Below, in pieces: positions 34,903 to 48,009 of a stretch of 64,000 nt of DNA. The stretch is from positions 364,312,001-364,376,000 of the forward strand of contig NC_067401.1 in the NCBI RefSeq assembly GCF_016432865.1, read 5' to 3'. Position numbers and translations under genes: made by a program. The notes under the pieces were generated by a model. The model saw nothing but the letters and a program-made list of their open reading frames with translations. It was not told where the DNA came from and did not search any database. Each line of letters opens with the position of its first letter. Within the stretch, counting starts at the first letter, position 1. The stretch is from Antechinus flavipes (Eukaryota).

Positions 34903-36359
34903 ATTAGTTTTATGTGTCCCTCTCTATACGCCTGTTCTTATTTACATGTAGATGTTCTGCATGCGTCTGAACTTTCACATGTGTTTGCATCCGTCCCTGT
35001 CCCCAAGTCAGGCTGTTCTCCTTGGCCAAACCGGTTGGAGTGGGTAGTACTGAAATTTCTGTTTGTGTCAATGAGACTAAGACATGAGTCAGGGAGAGAT
35101 GGGGCTGGGTGGAGAGGTGAGGGGGAGGAGTGAGAGTGGGGGTCAACACGTACAGAGGTAGGAGGCTGTTGTTGGGGTGGTAGGTCGGTGTGGGTTGGGT
35201 TGGGGCTGGAAGTGGGAGTGGGAATAGGAATGGGACTAACTAAGGAGGTTGGGGTTGTAGTGGGATGGGTCAGGAGTGGGAGTGGGATGAAGAACCGACT
35301 GGTGAGTAATATCCTGTTTGTCTGCAGTCAGGTCCTACTTTATGAAGGAGTCAGAGGTTAGGGGGTCACAAGTTTTGGAATGATTGGGGACAGATGGGAA
35401 GCCAAAGGGAGAAGGAGTTGGGGAACAGGATGGAAGAAACTAGAATATAGCTGCTTAATTGCCTCAGTTTCTCCATAGTGAAGACAAGTTGGTGTTGGAT
35501 GGGATACAGTAAAATTGGCAGGGGGCAGGGGAGAAGAGGGTGACTAATTAGTGTATGATCATACCTTGGAAGAAGAAGGTCCTAGAAGTTTCTGTCTTCC
35601 TCTTCTCCAGCTAGGGCTATGTGAATGGACTCTTTTAGGATCCTAAAGAAGAGAAAATATTGTGATTTTCTATAGAAGAAGAGATGGAAGCTCCTGGGTC
35701 TTTTTGCTCATTAAAAACACCTTACAGCTCCCAAACTTTCACTACCTCTAAATACTCTGTCACTCTAATCCAGAGCATGAAACCCTATTATCCCCACCTA
35801 ACCTCTGCGTTGAGGGACTTCATCATTATCTTTAGGACCCCAGCTTAAGTCCTACTGAAGTCCAGCTCCCGAGTCTTAAGGGCTCCTCTCACCTACTTCT
35901 AGGAATACCCTAGGGTAAAAGATGGAAAGCCTAGAACATATTTCTGTAAAGTTTCACTAGGAGCGGTTTGCTTGTAGACCACCGTTTTTGTTGTTGTTCA
36001 GTCGTGTTCAACTCCCCATGGCCCAATTTTGAGGTTTTCTTGGCAAAGATATTGGAAAAATTTGCATTTCCTTCTCCAGCTCATTTTACATATAAGGAAA
36101 CTGAGGGTTCACTCAATACCTGTCTGAGCCAAATTTGAATCCAGATCTTGCTGACTTCAAGCCTGGTGTTTTATCTACTGTACCTACCTAGCTGTCTTTA
36201 AGAAAAAAAAATTTTTTTTTGAAGATTTCCTAGATTGGAATTTTATTACTTGTTTTTGACCACAGGGTTATTTATTTTCCCAGGCAATTCCAAGTATCTT
36301 AATAAAAAAACTCACAATAAAAAGTCTTCCTCTAATAGTATCATCATTAAAAATACATC

Positions 36360-36868
36360 CCATGCTGCTGAGTGAAATGAGCAGGACCAGGAGATCATCA
36401 TATACTTCAACAACAATACTATATGAGGATCAATTCTGATGGACCTGGCCCTAATTCTACAATGAGATGACTCAAATCAGTTCCAATAGAGCAGTAATGA
36501 ACTGAACCCGCTACACCCAGCAAAAAAACTCTGGGAGATGACTATGAACTATTACATAGAACTGCCAATCCCTATATTTTTGTCCACCTGCATTTTTTAT
36601 TTCCTTCATAGGCTAATAGTACACTATTTCAGAGTCCAATTCTTTTTGTACAGCAAAATAACTGTTAAGACATGTATACTTATATTGTATTTAATTTATA
36701 CTTTAACATATTTAACATGTATTAGTCAACCTGCCATCGGGTGGAGGGAATGGGGGGAAGGAGGGAAAAAGTGGAACAAAAGTTTTGGCAATTGTCAATG
36801 CTGTAAAATTACCCATGCATATAACTTGTAAATATATATATGTATGTGTGTATATATATATATATGTA
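36360..36868 (+). mobile_element. L1 3' end (ORF2 tail + 3'UTR) ending in a TA-rich tail
   Basis: catgctgctgagtgaaatgagcaggaccaggagatc...gaggatcaattctgatgg; reverse complement of the 46.3-46.8 kb element. Confidence 0.85.
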
Positions 36869-38372
36869 TATCCCATGCAAAAAAGGCATGAGTCCTTTTG
36901 CAGATTTTTTGCAGAATTAGGGAATGTTCTCTCCTGAAGGGACTCAACAAGCCATCTGATCTGATTTTCTTGTTTTACAGAGAAATGAGGTAACAATTCC
37001 TTTTTTAAACCCTGGAATGGGGTTGAATGCAGATATCCAAATCCCCAGAGCAGAAGTCAGAAAGTGGAAGATCCACAATGGAATCCTTAAGAGAGATTGA
37101 AGGGACAGGATCAGCAAACTCAATGCAAAGGGTGAGGGCTGGGGATGGGGCAGCCTTATTCTTCCCTGACAATCCATCAGACAGAAGGTGACCAAAGGAC
37201 TGTGGAAACCTTCCCTGCAGGAAAACCAGGGGAGAATTGATAAAAGAGCGGCAGAGCTGGAGACTTCCCTGGGGTTGTCTTTAGTCAACCCTCTGTTCCA
37301 AGGGCCTTTCCCGCATCCATCTCCAGATGAATACTCAGGACATAGTTTCCTCTGGGACTGAGCACTTCTGGCTGAGTTCAGCATTCCAGACACTGTCCAA
37401 CTGAGCAGTCTCAAGGGAAAGGCTCTTAGTTCTCCTATTCCAGGGTCTCCTTAGTACTTGGACATTGAGGGTGATAAGATACCTGCAGAAGTGCAGATGG
37501 ACCTGGAGGTAGAGATATTGGGGAAAAAGGAAACTGGAAGAAGGGAAGAGACTAAAGGATAGGGATAAGGACAGGGAATGGAGGAATAGTGAAGGGAGAG
37601 GAACACTTGTCGGAGAGGGATGGGTGCTGGGTAAGAAATAAGATGGCAAAGATAGAGAAATTGAGGTGAAAGAGGGCTTTGGGATGACAAATAAAGATGG
37701 GTTCTAAGGGAAATTTTTCTAGAATTCACCCAAAGTCCCCACAAATTATTCCATCTCATGACTCCTACCCCTATTTTCTTATCACTTCCTTTCTGTCCCT
37801 TGCCTCCAGTCCCAGGTTCCCAGGGCCATTAGCACACTTAAGCTTATTCTGGACCTGCATTTCTACTTTATGTTCCCAACAATGGTGCTCCCTGCTTAAT
37901 GTGCAGGTGCTTTTGTTCTGATCAGAGGGTTGGACGTGGTGCAGAACCAATGGGGCACCATGCCCAGGGCTCAGTGCTGCAGGCCCTGACTCTGCCCAAC
38001 CCTGAAAGGCCTGCCCCACCAGATCTACACCTCTTCTAAGACCAGTTCAGTATCTCTGTCCCACTGTGCCTGGAACCGAGGGCCTTGCCCAGTCCTTCCC
38101 TTTCAGGGCATGGCAGGGGACTTGGGTTTCCCTCTTGAATCAATAGCTGCTTCCAACAGACTGATGATAATGGCAGTTGAGGGGTTGAAGATACAGAAGG
38201 AGAGACCAGAGCTATGAAGAAATATGAAGCTATATGTGGAAGAGGGAATAATAGTCCTTCCAGCTTTCTTCTCCCATTGCCTAAAAGATCTTATTTCACC
38301 TCTTAGCTTTTCTATCTCTTTTTTTTTTTCCTAGTTCCTCTTCCCTACCTTAGCCATCTAGGAAGAGTTTCT

Positions 38373-38776
38373 TTTTTTTCTTTTGTTTTTTTTTTTTTTT
38401 AATAACTTTTTATTGACAAAACCCATGCCAGGGTAATTTTTTTACAACATTATCCCTTGCACTCACTTCTGTTCCGATTTTTCCCCTCCCTCCCTCCACC
38501 CCCTCCCCCAGATGGCAAGCAGTCCTTTACATGTTAAATATGTCACAGTATATCCTAGATACAATATATGTTTGCAGAACCGAACAGTTCTCTTGTTGCA
38601 CAGGGAGAATTGGATTCAAAAAGTATAAATAACCCGGGAAGAAAAACAAAAATGCAAACAGTTTATATTCATTTCCCAGTGTTCTTTCTTTGGGTGTAGC
38701 TGCTTCTGTCCATCCTTGATCAATTGAAACTGAATTAGCTCTCTTTATCGAAGAGATCCACTTCCATCAGAATACA
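38373..38776 (-). mobile_element. 5'-truncated L1, same subfamily as the ARHGAP30-intron copies
   Basis: TSD taggaagagtttct (38359-38372, 38777-38790); poly-T head; 3'UTR closely similar to 3560-3936. Confidence 0.9.
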
Positions 38777-38974
38777 TAGGAAGAGTTTCTTAAGCAAAAG
38801 ATCCTATAACATGGATAGGAAAAATCTATAGTTTTCCCCTTCCCTACTAACCTCTGCCTCAAATTTGCTATTCCCTTCAAATAAGAACACAGATAACAAC
38901 ACATTATTCGGGGTAGGGGGGTCGCTAGGCCGAGGGAATCTATGATACAACATAGGTTAAGAAGTCCTGTTCTA

Positions 38975-39168
38975 CATATTCTTTTACCATGTTTAACATA
39001 TATTGGATTATATGCCATCTGGGGAGGGGGTTGGGAGGAAGGGGAAAAATTGGAACAAGGGGATTGGGAGCAAGGGGAAAAAATTGGAACGCAAGGTTTG
39101 TCAAGGGTCAATGTTGAAAAATTATTCTTGTATATGTTTTGAAAATAAAAAGCTTCAATTAAAAAAAA
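38975..39168 (+). mobile_element. Short L1 3' end with A tail
   Basis: gccatctggggagggggttggg...ttgaaaataaaaagcttcaattaaaaaaaaa. Confidence 0.7.
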
Positions 39169-41849
39169 AGACTTCCTATTCTAGGAACCTGTCCTCCATT
39201 CTTATATCTACCCTTGAACCCTTCTGGTCTCTAGTTTCTCCTCTGTAATCCACCTATGTTTGGAAGAGAATGAGAATAACTAGAGCTAGGGGTCATGAAG
39301 CAGACATCAGATATTAATCTCTCACCTGTGATGACCGGTATGGCTGAGGGCAGTCAACCTCATGAGCTGTGGGAGTTGGGGTTAGTAGGTGAAGGGTGAT
39401 TATGGGGAGGGGAGCAATAAATAGTCCCAGTTCTCGCCCTTGCCCTGCCTTAAATTCTAAGTCTCCTGGTGTTCAGTAGCTTCCCTGGAGGACCCACCCC
39501 TGGGACAACATGGCTCACAACCAACCATCTTGCCCCCTGAAAGGACACCAGCCCTTAAAGCTGCTTCTAAGAGCAACCTCCTTCCAATCTTAGAGGTATC
39601 CCCTTTGTACTGGGCACAAAGTTCTGTGGTGTGGTAAAGTTCCACAGATTCACAAAGGTAAGTACAGAAAGAAAGAGACTCAGAGAAATACTGAAAGACA
39701 AGATCCATCTTGATACTGAAGATCAGTGGTGACAGAGAGAAAAAAAAAAATGATCCAGGGAGATAAAGAGATAAGGATGAAAAAGTAGAGACAGGGAGTT
39801 GACAAGCAGAAACACTGAGACCTACAAACTACAGCTAAGAAAAGGGCAATTCCAACATGCCCTCAATATGGTGTGCCTCTGGCCCTTCTCTTTTACAAAT
39901 GTATTAATAATAATAATTATATTATTAATAATATTAATATTATTTTTACTTCACCTCTAACTCATTTCCCATATACTGAATACTGGAGACTCCAGTATTT
40001 TTTTTTTTGGGGGGGGCGCTGAGGAAAATGAAGGAGGACTAGTTAAGCAGTCGATAAATTTTTATTAAGCTCTTACTATGTGCCAGGTATTATTCTAAGC
40101 CTTAGTGAAATAGACAAAAACAGCAAAAGCCCCTTATCTCAAGGAATCCCCACCTTGCAAAAAAGGAATGTTCCTGAAATTTTCTAGCCCTGCCTGGGAT
40201 CCTCAACCCCTCTTCAGTGTTCTCACTCCACCCTTAGGCAATCTCTCCACCCTTCTCTAGCTCCCTACCCCCACGAGTGTCCAAATTACACTATCTCCCT
40301 TCCTTCATTTCATCTTCTCACTTGGAAGGGCCCTACTTCAGAAAACAGTATTTCTGGCCTGCTTCTGTTCTATCTCATCATCTGTGTTTCTGGTTTGTCT
40401 GACTTAGAACTTGGAAGTGGAAGCTGGGATCTGAGATCAAGGGCCTGGGAGCTGGGAGCAGAGCCAGAAAGCCAGAAAGCCAGAAGGCCATGGAAGGGAG
40501 ATAGAAAGAATGGAGGGAAATGGAGTGGAGATAAACAGGAGCAGAAACTGGGAAGCTCTGAGAATGGGGATAGGTTACCAGAAAAACCAATTACAAAGAG
40601 TGAGAGCAGTGGTGGTCTTGAGGGTGGGAGCTGGAACTCCTGGATCTTGAGCACTTTGAGCCAAGAACCAGAGGTTGGCCAGAATCTAAGGATCAGATAC
40701 TCTAATTTTCTCTTTCTACCACCCCTTTATTATATTTCTCATCTTCAAAGTTCATCCTCAGATCCAACACCCCTCCTTCATAATGAAGTTTCAGTTAAAG
40801 ACCATTTTGGTCTTACCTTCGGGCATGACATATGTGCCATGAAAAATCTAATAGAGACATAGATTTGTTGCTATGATTTATCTTCTTTCTCCTAACTTTC
40901 TGTTCTGAACCCCTGGTCTAATCAAGACCTTCATCACTTCTTGCCTGGATCATCAAAATAAACTCCCAACTAGACTCCTTTCTTTCAGTTGTCTCTACCC
41001 AACTGCCAAAATAATTTCCTATTAAATTTTTTTTTTTACTATTTTATGTTTGTTTATTTTTAAATACACAAAATAATTTTCCTTAGACTCATAATGTGAC
41101 CATTCTCACCTCCCTGCTTGGAATGGGAGAAAATGGGAGTGGGCCCTAAGGCAGAGATGATCTACCTGACTGGTAGCTGGACAAATATGCCTCACCCTTC
41201 TATAACCAGCCCTAGGAGTTTACCAAATCCTACCTCGACCATCAGACAAATCCAGAAACACCCCTTTTTTGGTCACTTGGGATATTTCTTTCCCTAAATT
41301 CATCTCTGTTTTCTACTTCTGGATCAGGGATTGATCATCAAATTAGCATTATTACTGTGAAGAAGCATGGTCCCTTGCATAGAATAGGGTTTTTTTTTTT
41401 TTTTTTGGTTTTATGAGGCAATTGGGTTAAAGTGACTTGCTCAGTCTAGCAGCTAGTGTTAAGTGTTAGAGGTTGAATTTTAATTCAGATTCTCTTGACT
41501 TCAGGATTGATATTCTATCCACTGTGTCATATATATATTTCCTATGATCCTGGTCTAGATCAACCTGGGAAAATAGAAATTCTAAGTAGTCGATCCTCCC
41601 CTTCATACTATATTATCTGGTCTAGGGTAACAATGGACAAAAGCTGAATATTCTCTGGAAAGAGCCAGGATGCCTGAGATTAAAACTGATCGTTATCGTG
41701 TAGAGTTAGCAAAAATGGACATTTCCATGGTTACTAATTGCACTATAGCCAGGAAATTAATTAGGGGTTTAGGCTCCATGAAAAGGGACAGGAATGAAGA
41801 CTCCAGTATTTTTTGGGGGGCTGAGTAAGATGAAGGAGGACTAGTTAGC

Positions 41850-42380
41850 CAATCAATACATTTTTATTAAGCTCCTACTATGTGCCACTTATTATTCTAA
41901 ACCTTAGTGAAACAAAGAAAAGCAAAAGCCCCTTATCTCAAGGAATTCATAGTCTAAAGTAGGAGACACAGATAAATAACTGTGTATAAACAACATAACA
42001 CAGGATTAAATGGAGATAATCAATAGTGGAAAGATTCTTGGTCCCATTAAAAGGGACCAAGAAAGACTTCCTTGTAGAAAGTAGAATTTTCTCTGGAACT
42101 TGAAGGAAACCGGGGGTGCCAGGAGGTGGAGGTAAGAAAGGAGAGCATTCCAGGCATTGGGTTCAGGGAATGAAAATGTCCTGAGTCAGGCAATGGAATG
42201 AATGTATTGTTCCAGGAATAGCAAGGAGGTCAGTGTCACTAGATCAGAGTTCTGGGTGAATGAGAGGGTGTAAGGTGTAAGAAGACTGGAAGGTGAGTGG
42301 AGCAAGTTATGAAGGGCTTTAAATGCTACAGGATTTTATATTTGGTCCTGGAGGTGACAGAGAGTCATAGTAATTCATTG
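41850..42380 (-). mobile_element. LINE-2 3' fragment
   Basis: tttattaagctcctactatgtgcc...ctcaaggaattcatagtcta...gaacttgaagga. Confidence 0.7.
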
Positions 42381-44924
42381 AGTGTGGAGTAGGGTGGGGT
42401 GCCTTTTCTATCTCACTGAGCTGGGCAGGGTTGAACAAAGTTGGATGAATCTAAGGCTAGGAAGCAGAAGAGGTTGAAAGACTCCAAGGATCAAGAATTA
42501 TCCTCCTTCAGAAAAATTTGCTTAAAAAAAAAAAATCTGTCAAACAGCCAGAGAAGACAATTTCCATAGACACATGAGGAAACTGACTGAGATAGGCAAA
42601 GACAGTCCAATGGGGTTGGTGTAAGAGAACCCATCCCCAATTGGCTCCTTTCCGTGGATCCCGGGTGAGCCCGCAGATGTACACCCAGCTGTTGGGAGGC
42701 CAGCCAGCCAGAGGGCAACTGGAAGAGGTGGGGAAAGGGAGGAGGCTTGTTTCAGGTCATGGGCAACGACAGGGAAAGGAAATCTCTGATCTTCACCAGG
42801 ATCTGATGAAATTGAGTCACTGAGCAGAAGGGAACAGAATCAGCTGTCAGACAGGGAAGGAACAGGAGCCGGGACAAGTGAGGGATGAAAGTAGAATTGG
42901 GGCAACTCCTGGTACCAGGCCTAGCCCATCCACTGGCTTCGAGTCCAGATCACTTAGTTCCATCTTTGAGTCCAGCCTCTTTAACTGCTCCTTAGCCTCT
43001 GTTTTCCCTGGGTAAGATAGGAGGTGAGAGATGGAAGAAGTTGTAGACCTTACAAAGCAGGGGCTCCCATGTGGGCCATCGCATCCCCTCAGGTCAGAAG
43101 TGAGGTTCTTCTACCCTCTAGTGGACAGCATGAATATAACACCGTCCCTTAATTAGTTCAAAGTTATGACCTAGAAAGACAGAATTTTAGAACAGAAAGG
43201 GATGTTAGAGTTTTATCTTGTCTAGTAACATCCAAATTGCGCTCTGTGGAAGTATGCTGTCCTATATCTATCCCATGTCCCATGAGAAAATTTCTATGTG
43301 AATGATCTTTTCCCCTCCAATTCAAGAAATATTTAGCATCCTCTCTATGGATAGGGAGCCAATCATCATGGAAGTTACAAAGACATTGTAACTTCCACCT
43401 CATGGAGTTTTATAGTCTAAAAGAATTAATGTAAAATCACCAAGCAATTTTCTCCTTATTGATTCATTTTTATAGGTACTTCAAAGTACACCTTATATAG
43501 CTATTGAGCATTCAGATACTGGAAAAAGTATATTTTTATTAATAAATAAATAACTACTATCCCAAGTTGCTCTGCAGCCCAAAGGGCCTCTTTTTCATGC
43601 AAAGTGTGTGTGTGTGTGACCCATATAGATAATGTGTACTTCTACAATGGATTGTCTAAATGTATAACTCAGAGAAGATGGTTATTTCCAGTGTCTCATG
43701 TGGGGCAGCTGGGTGGCACAGTAGATAGAGCATTGGGCTGGGAATTAGGAAGACTAATCAATTGAACCTTACTAAAAACAATAATTAATGCTCATCCACC
43801 TCTCCCCTAGGGAGATTTTAATTCCTGCCTGGAGAAGAGGAAGAAGCTGGAATACTCTAAATTAGAGGAATTACCTGAATGGAATTTTGTCTATCTGTCC
43901 CACCAAGTAAATATCCCTAGTATATGGGATTTTTTTTTTTGCTTCAGACTCCATATCACCATTTCTTAATGTGAAAGAGTGTCACCAAATTATTTCTATC
44001 TAAAGGCTTAATTTCCTTGGCATCCAAAGCTACTTATATAAAGACTATCTTTTTTTGTTTGTTTATTTAGTCATTTTTCAGTTGTGTCCAACTCTTCATG
44101 ACCTACTTTGGCAAAGATGTTGGAGTTGTTTGCCATTTCCTTCTTCGGTGATTTTATATATATAATTATATACCAGATTTGAATTTAGGAAGAGGAATCT
44201 TCCTGACTCAAGGTCCGGTGCTCTATCCATTGTACCACCTAGCTACCTTTGACTATCATAATAGTGAATAAATCCATTTGTTCAAGCTGATAACAAGCAG
44301 AAGTCAGACAAAACAGAAGACAGCATATAAGCAAATGATCTCTCAAATTCAGATCAGCCAAGAGAGAGATCTCACTCAAAGGGAAATTTTCCAAAGTCTC
44401 TGGTGTAATAAACGGAAAGTTAGAACCATGCTCCACAAGCCAGCTTTTCTATCTGTCAGTATCTTCACAAAGTCTTTCTCTTCCTCCAGGATTTTCTCCC
44501 CCTAAAGGGAACCTGGAGTCATCAGTGTCCTCTCTCAAAGCCAGAAGCCAGAAGAACTCTCCTTTCCCAAACTTTCACCAACTGCACCTCTCACAAAGAC
44601 CCACAAAATGAAGTAATGATTCTCTTTGCCAATTTGGATGGTCTTATACAAATGCCAAGGCTTGAAACCTGAGATACACTCACACAAATGTTCTCCTGGT
44701 GAGAGAGATATGGTTACCATCTTATTTATAAGTTATTATAGGTAGTTATAGGTAGCCCAAAGATCAATGGTGGGAGGGAGTCAAAATGTGTACATTTAAC
44801 CTGTTACATTTCCAAAGATGACATACAAATACATGACAAAATATTCAATGATAAAAGTTATACACATTCACACTATCTTTTTTTTTGTTGTTTTGATATA
44901 GTTAAGATTTATTATTTTCTTTTC

Positions 44925-45200
44925 TTTTTTTTTTTTAAATAGCTTTTTATTTACAAGTTATATGCATGGATAATTTTACAGCATTGACAACTGCCAAACC
45001 TTTTGTTCCACTTTTTCCCCTCCTTCCCCTCATGCCTTCCCCTAGATGGCAGGATGACCAATACATGTTGAATATGTTAAAGTATAAATTAAATACAAAA
45101 TAAGTATACATGTCCTAACAGTTATTTTGCTGTACAAAAGGAATTGTACTCTGAAATAGTATACAATTAGCCTGTGAAGGAAATCAAAAATGCAGGCAGG
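44925..45200 (-). mobile_element. L1 3'UTR fragment
   Basis: aatagctttttatttacaagttatatgc...ggaaatcaaaaatgcaggc. Confidence 0.8.
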
Positions 45201-45379
45201 CAATACCTGTCTATCTTTTGTGACTTCTCCATATTTTCCTGCAAGCTTGTCACAAAAGGTCACTCAAGTTACAGAGGTACATCTTTCTTTCTCTTGACAT
45301 GATAAAAATATACCAATTCAATTCTTCAAAGACTTGATCTTCATCCTCTGCAACAGATGTTGAAGCAGCCATTATTTTC

Positions 45380-45788
45380 ATGTCACTCCCCTAATGACTA
45401 ACCCTAATGACTTCTTGCCTCAAGGAACAAGTACAAATGCTCTGTTTGGTATTCAAAGATCCTCATAATCTAGCCCCCTTTTACCTTTCCAGTCTAGTTA
45501 CACCTCATTCCCTGATATATACTTTTCAATCTAGTGACACTGGTCTGGAATTTTCTCTAGCTACCCTCCTGGCCTAAAATCTCTCTCTTCTATTTTGATT
45601 ACCAATCTTTCCTGATTTCCTTTAAATTCTAACCAAAATCTCACCTTCTACAGCAAGCTTTTCCTGACTCCTCTTAGTTCTAGTACCTCTAGTACCTCTA
45701 GTACCTTACTTCTTAGTACCTTCCCTCTATCATTTTCTATTTATCCTATAGCTTGTTCTCTCTTTTTCTCTCTCCTCCCATATTTGTG

Positions 45789-45828
<40 letters not shown>

Positions 45829-45960
45829 TTGTTTGCATGTTGCCTCGTTCATTAGAATGTAAACTCCTTAAGAGTAGCTTTTTATATCTCCAGAATTTAG
45901 CACAATGCCTGTCACATAATAGACATTTAATGTATATTGATTGGTGTATAAAATCGTCAA
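45380..45960 (+). mobile_element. LINE-2 3' fragment containing a (CA)n repeat (45769-45806)
   Basis: attcaaagatcctcataatctagcccc...tagcacaatgcctgtcacataatagacatttaatg. Confidence 0.65.
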
Positions 45961-46310
45961 TTAAGAGCACCTGTGATTGATCGAAATCTCCCCTCCGACT
46001 TCTAAATAAAATGACAAGGCATGGACATTTGTCACAAAGGGGAAGGCTTCTCATGTGCCCTACTCCTAACTCTTACTGGGATAACACACTAAACTCTGAT
46101 TGAAGTCTGATAACTGGGGCTGCTTCCTGATAAATAGTTACTGAAAGTCAAAGGGGATGAACTCTTGAGTAAGGAATTTTCCTGTACTAAGACTTCTAAG
46201 AGCAAATTATATTGGACAAGTCACCCTCAATTGCCTTTAAAAAAAAAAAAGTGAGTTATGGAAAGGTTTGGCCTCTTTTGGATCTTTCTGATAACACACT
46301 CTCTCCTTTA

Positions 46311-47269
46311 TTATTATTATTTTTTATTATAGCTTTTTATTTACAAGATACATGCATGGGTAATTTTTCAGCATTGACGATTGCAAATCCTTTTGTTCTG
46401 ACTTTTCCCCTCCTTCCCCCCATCCCCTCCCCAAGATGGCAGGTTGACCAATACATGTTAAATATGTTAAAGTGTGAGTTAAAGACAATATAAGCATACA
46501 TGTCCAAACAGTTATTTGAAATAGTGTACAATTAACCTGTGAAGGAAATCAAAAATGCAGGCGGACAAAAATAGAGGGATTGGGAATTCTATGTAATGGT
46601 CCATAGTCATCTCCCAGAGTTCTTTCCCTGGTGTAGCTGGTTCAATTCATTACTGCTCTATTGGAACTGATTTGGTTCATCTCAGTGCTGAAGATGGTCA
46701 TGTCCATGAGAATTGATCATCATATAGTATTGTTGTTGAAGTATATAATGATCTCCTGGTCCTGCTCGTTTCACTCAGCATCAGTTCATTTAAGTCTCCC
46801 CAGACATTTCTGAAATCATCCTGTTGGTTGTTTCTTACAGAACAATAATATTCCATAATATTCATATATCACAATTTATTCAACCATTCTCCAATTGATG
46901 GGCATCCATTCAGTTTCCAGTTTCTGGCCACTACAAAGAGGCTGCCACAAACATTCTTGCACATGTGGGTCCCTTGCCCTTCTTTAATATCTCTTTGGGA
47001 TATAAGCCCAGTAGTAACACTGCTGGGTCAAAGGGTATGCACAGTTTGATAGCTTTTTGAGCATAGTTCCAAACTGCTCTTCAGAATGGCTGGATGTGTT
47101 CACAATTCCACCAACAATGTATCAGTGTCCCTGTTTTCCCACATCCCCTCCAACATTCCGCATTATCTTTCCCTGTCATTTCAGCCAATCTGACAGGTGT
47201 GTATCTCAGAGTTGTGTTAATTTGCATTTCTCTGATTAATGACTTGGAGCATCTTTTCATATGGCTTTT
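46311..47269 (-). mobile_element. 5'-truncated L1 (3'UTR + degenerate ORF2 C-terminus)
   Basis: Candidate TSD ctctccttta (46301-46310, 47270-47279); text is the reverse complement of L1 ORF2 end. Confidence 0.88.
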
Positions 47270-47709
47270 CTCTCCTTTAGAAGAGGCATTTTGGTATATG
47301 GAAAAACTGTGATGCAGGTTATAAGACTTCAGTTATGGGAAAATCACTTAAGTTCTTTTGACCTCAGTTTCCTCATTTGTAAAATAAGGAATTGAGCTAA
47401 ATGGATTCTAAACTCTTCCAATTCAAATTCTATGAGCCTATTATCCTTTAACTTTTAAGAAAGGCAGGATGGGGAAGGGATACTCAGTCCTCAGAAATAA
47501 TGATTGCAGAAACTCATGGTAATTCAAGACTTGCTTACTCAGGTAGGCCTGTCACAAGAGTTAGGGTTCTGGAATGCATTTACCTGTTTCCTTTTCCGAG
47601 AACAGTTAGATGACTAGTTGTGGCAAGAATTTTCCAGGTCCTTGCTAGAGACTACATGTATAAGTCTGTACAGGTTACAGACATACTACAGTTTATCCAT
47701 TCAAGAGTG

Positions 47710-47710
<1 letters not shown>

Positions 47711-47746
<36 letters not shown>
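47711..47746. repeat. (CA)n microsatellite
   Basis: Seen directly. Confidence 0.95.
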
Positions 47747-47748
<2 letters not shown>

Positions 47749-48009
47749 GTGACACACCCCATTAGTAGGTAAGGACATATGTGTCTCACGGTACTGCAGA
47801 TATAGTCTCTCTTCCTGAGCTACACAACCAAGAGTTTGAAAAAGATCAGCCAACTCATGTAGGCAGACTTACAAAGAAATTTTGGGTAAGATAAGGTAAG
47901 GCATGGTAGATTGCATATTTTAACCCAAAGGAAGAAATACTTAAATTATTAGAAAAAAAATATCCTTTGGTTTGATTTTTTGGTTGGCTTTTGTTTTCTG
48001 TCATTGCAG

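Larger units (their letters stand above)
33605..42877 (+). pseudogene. Candidate decayed multi-exon gene of unknown family
   Basis: Splice-bounded frames at 33605-33676, 33912-~34119, 37049-37131, 37221-37508, 40408-40673, 41626-41729, 42512-42664, 42756-42877. Four junctions are phase-compatible; scattered stops and one A-run frameshift. No homologue recognised. Confidence 0.3.

Noticed and set aside
36981-36989. 9-nt microexon (ttttacag|AGAAATGAG|gtaaca)
   Set aside because: The following intron to 37048 would be only 59 nt and the phase needed gives a stop; kept only as part of the uncertain pseudogene region.
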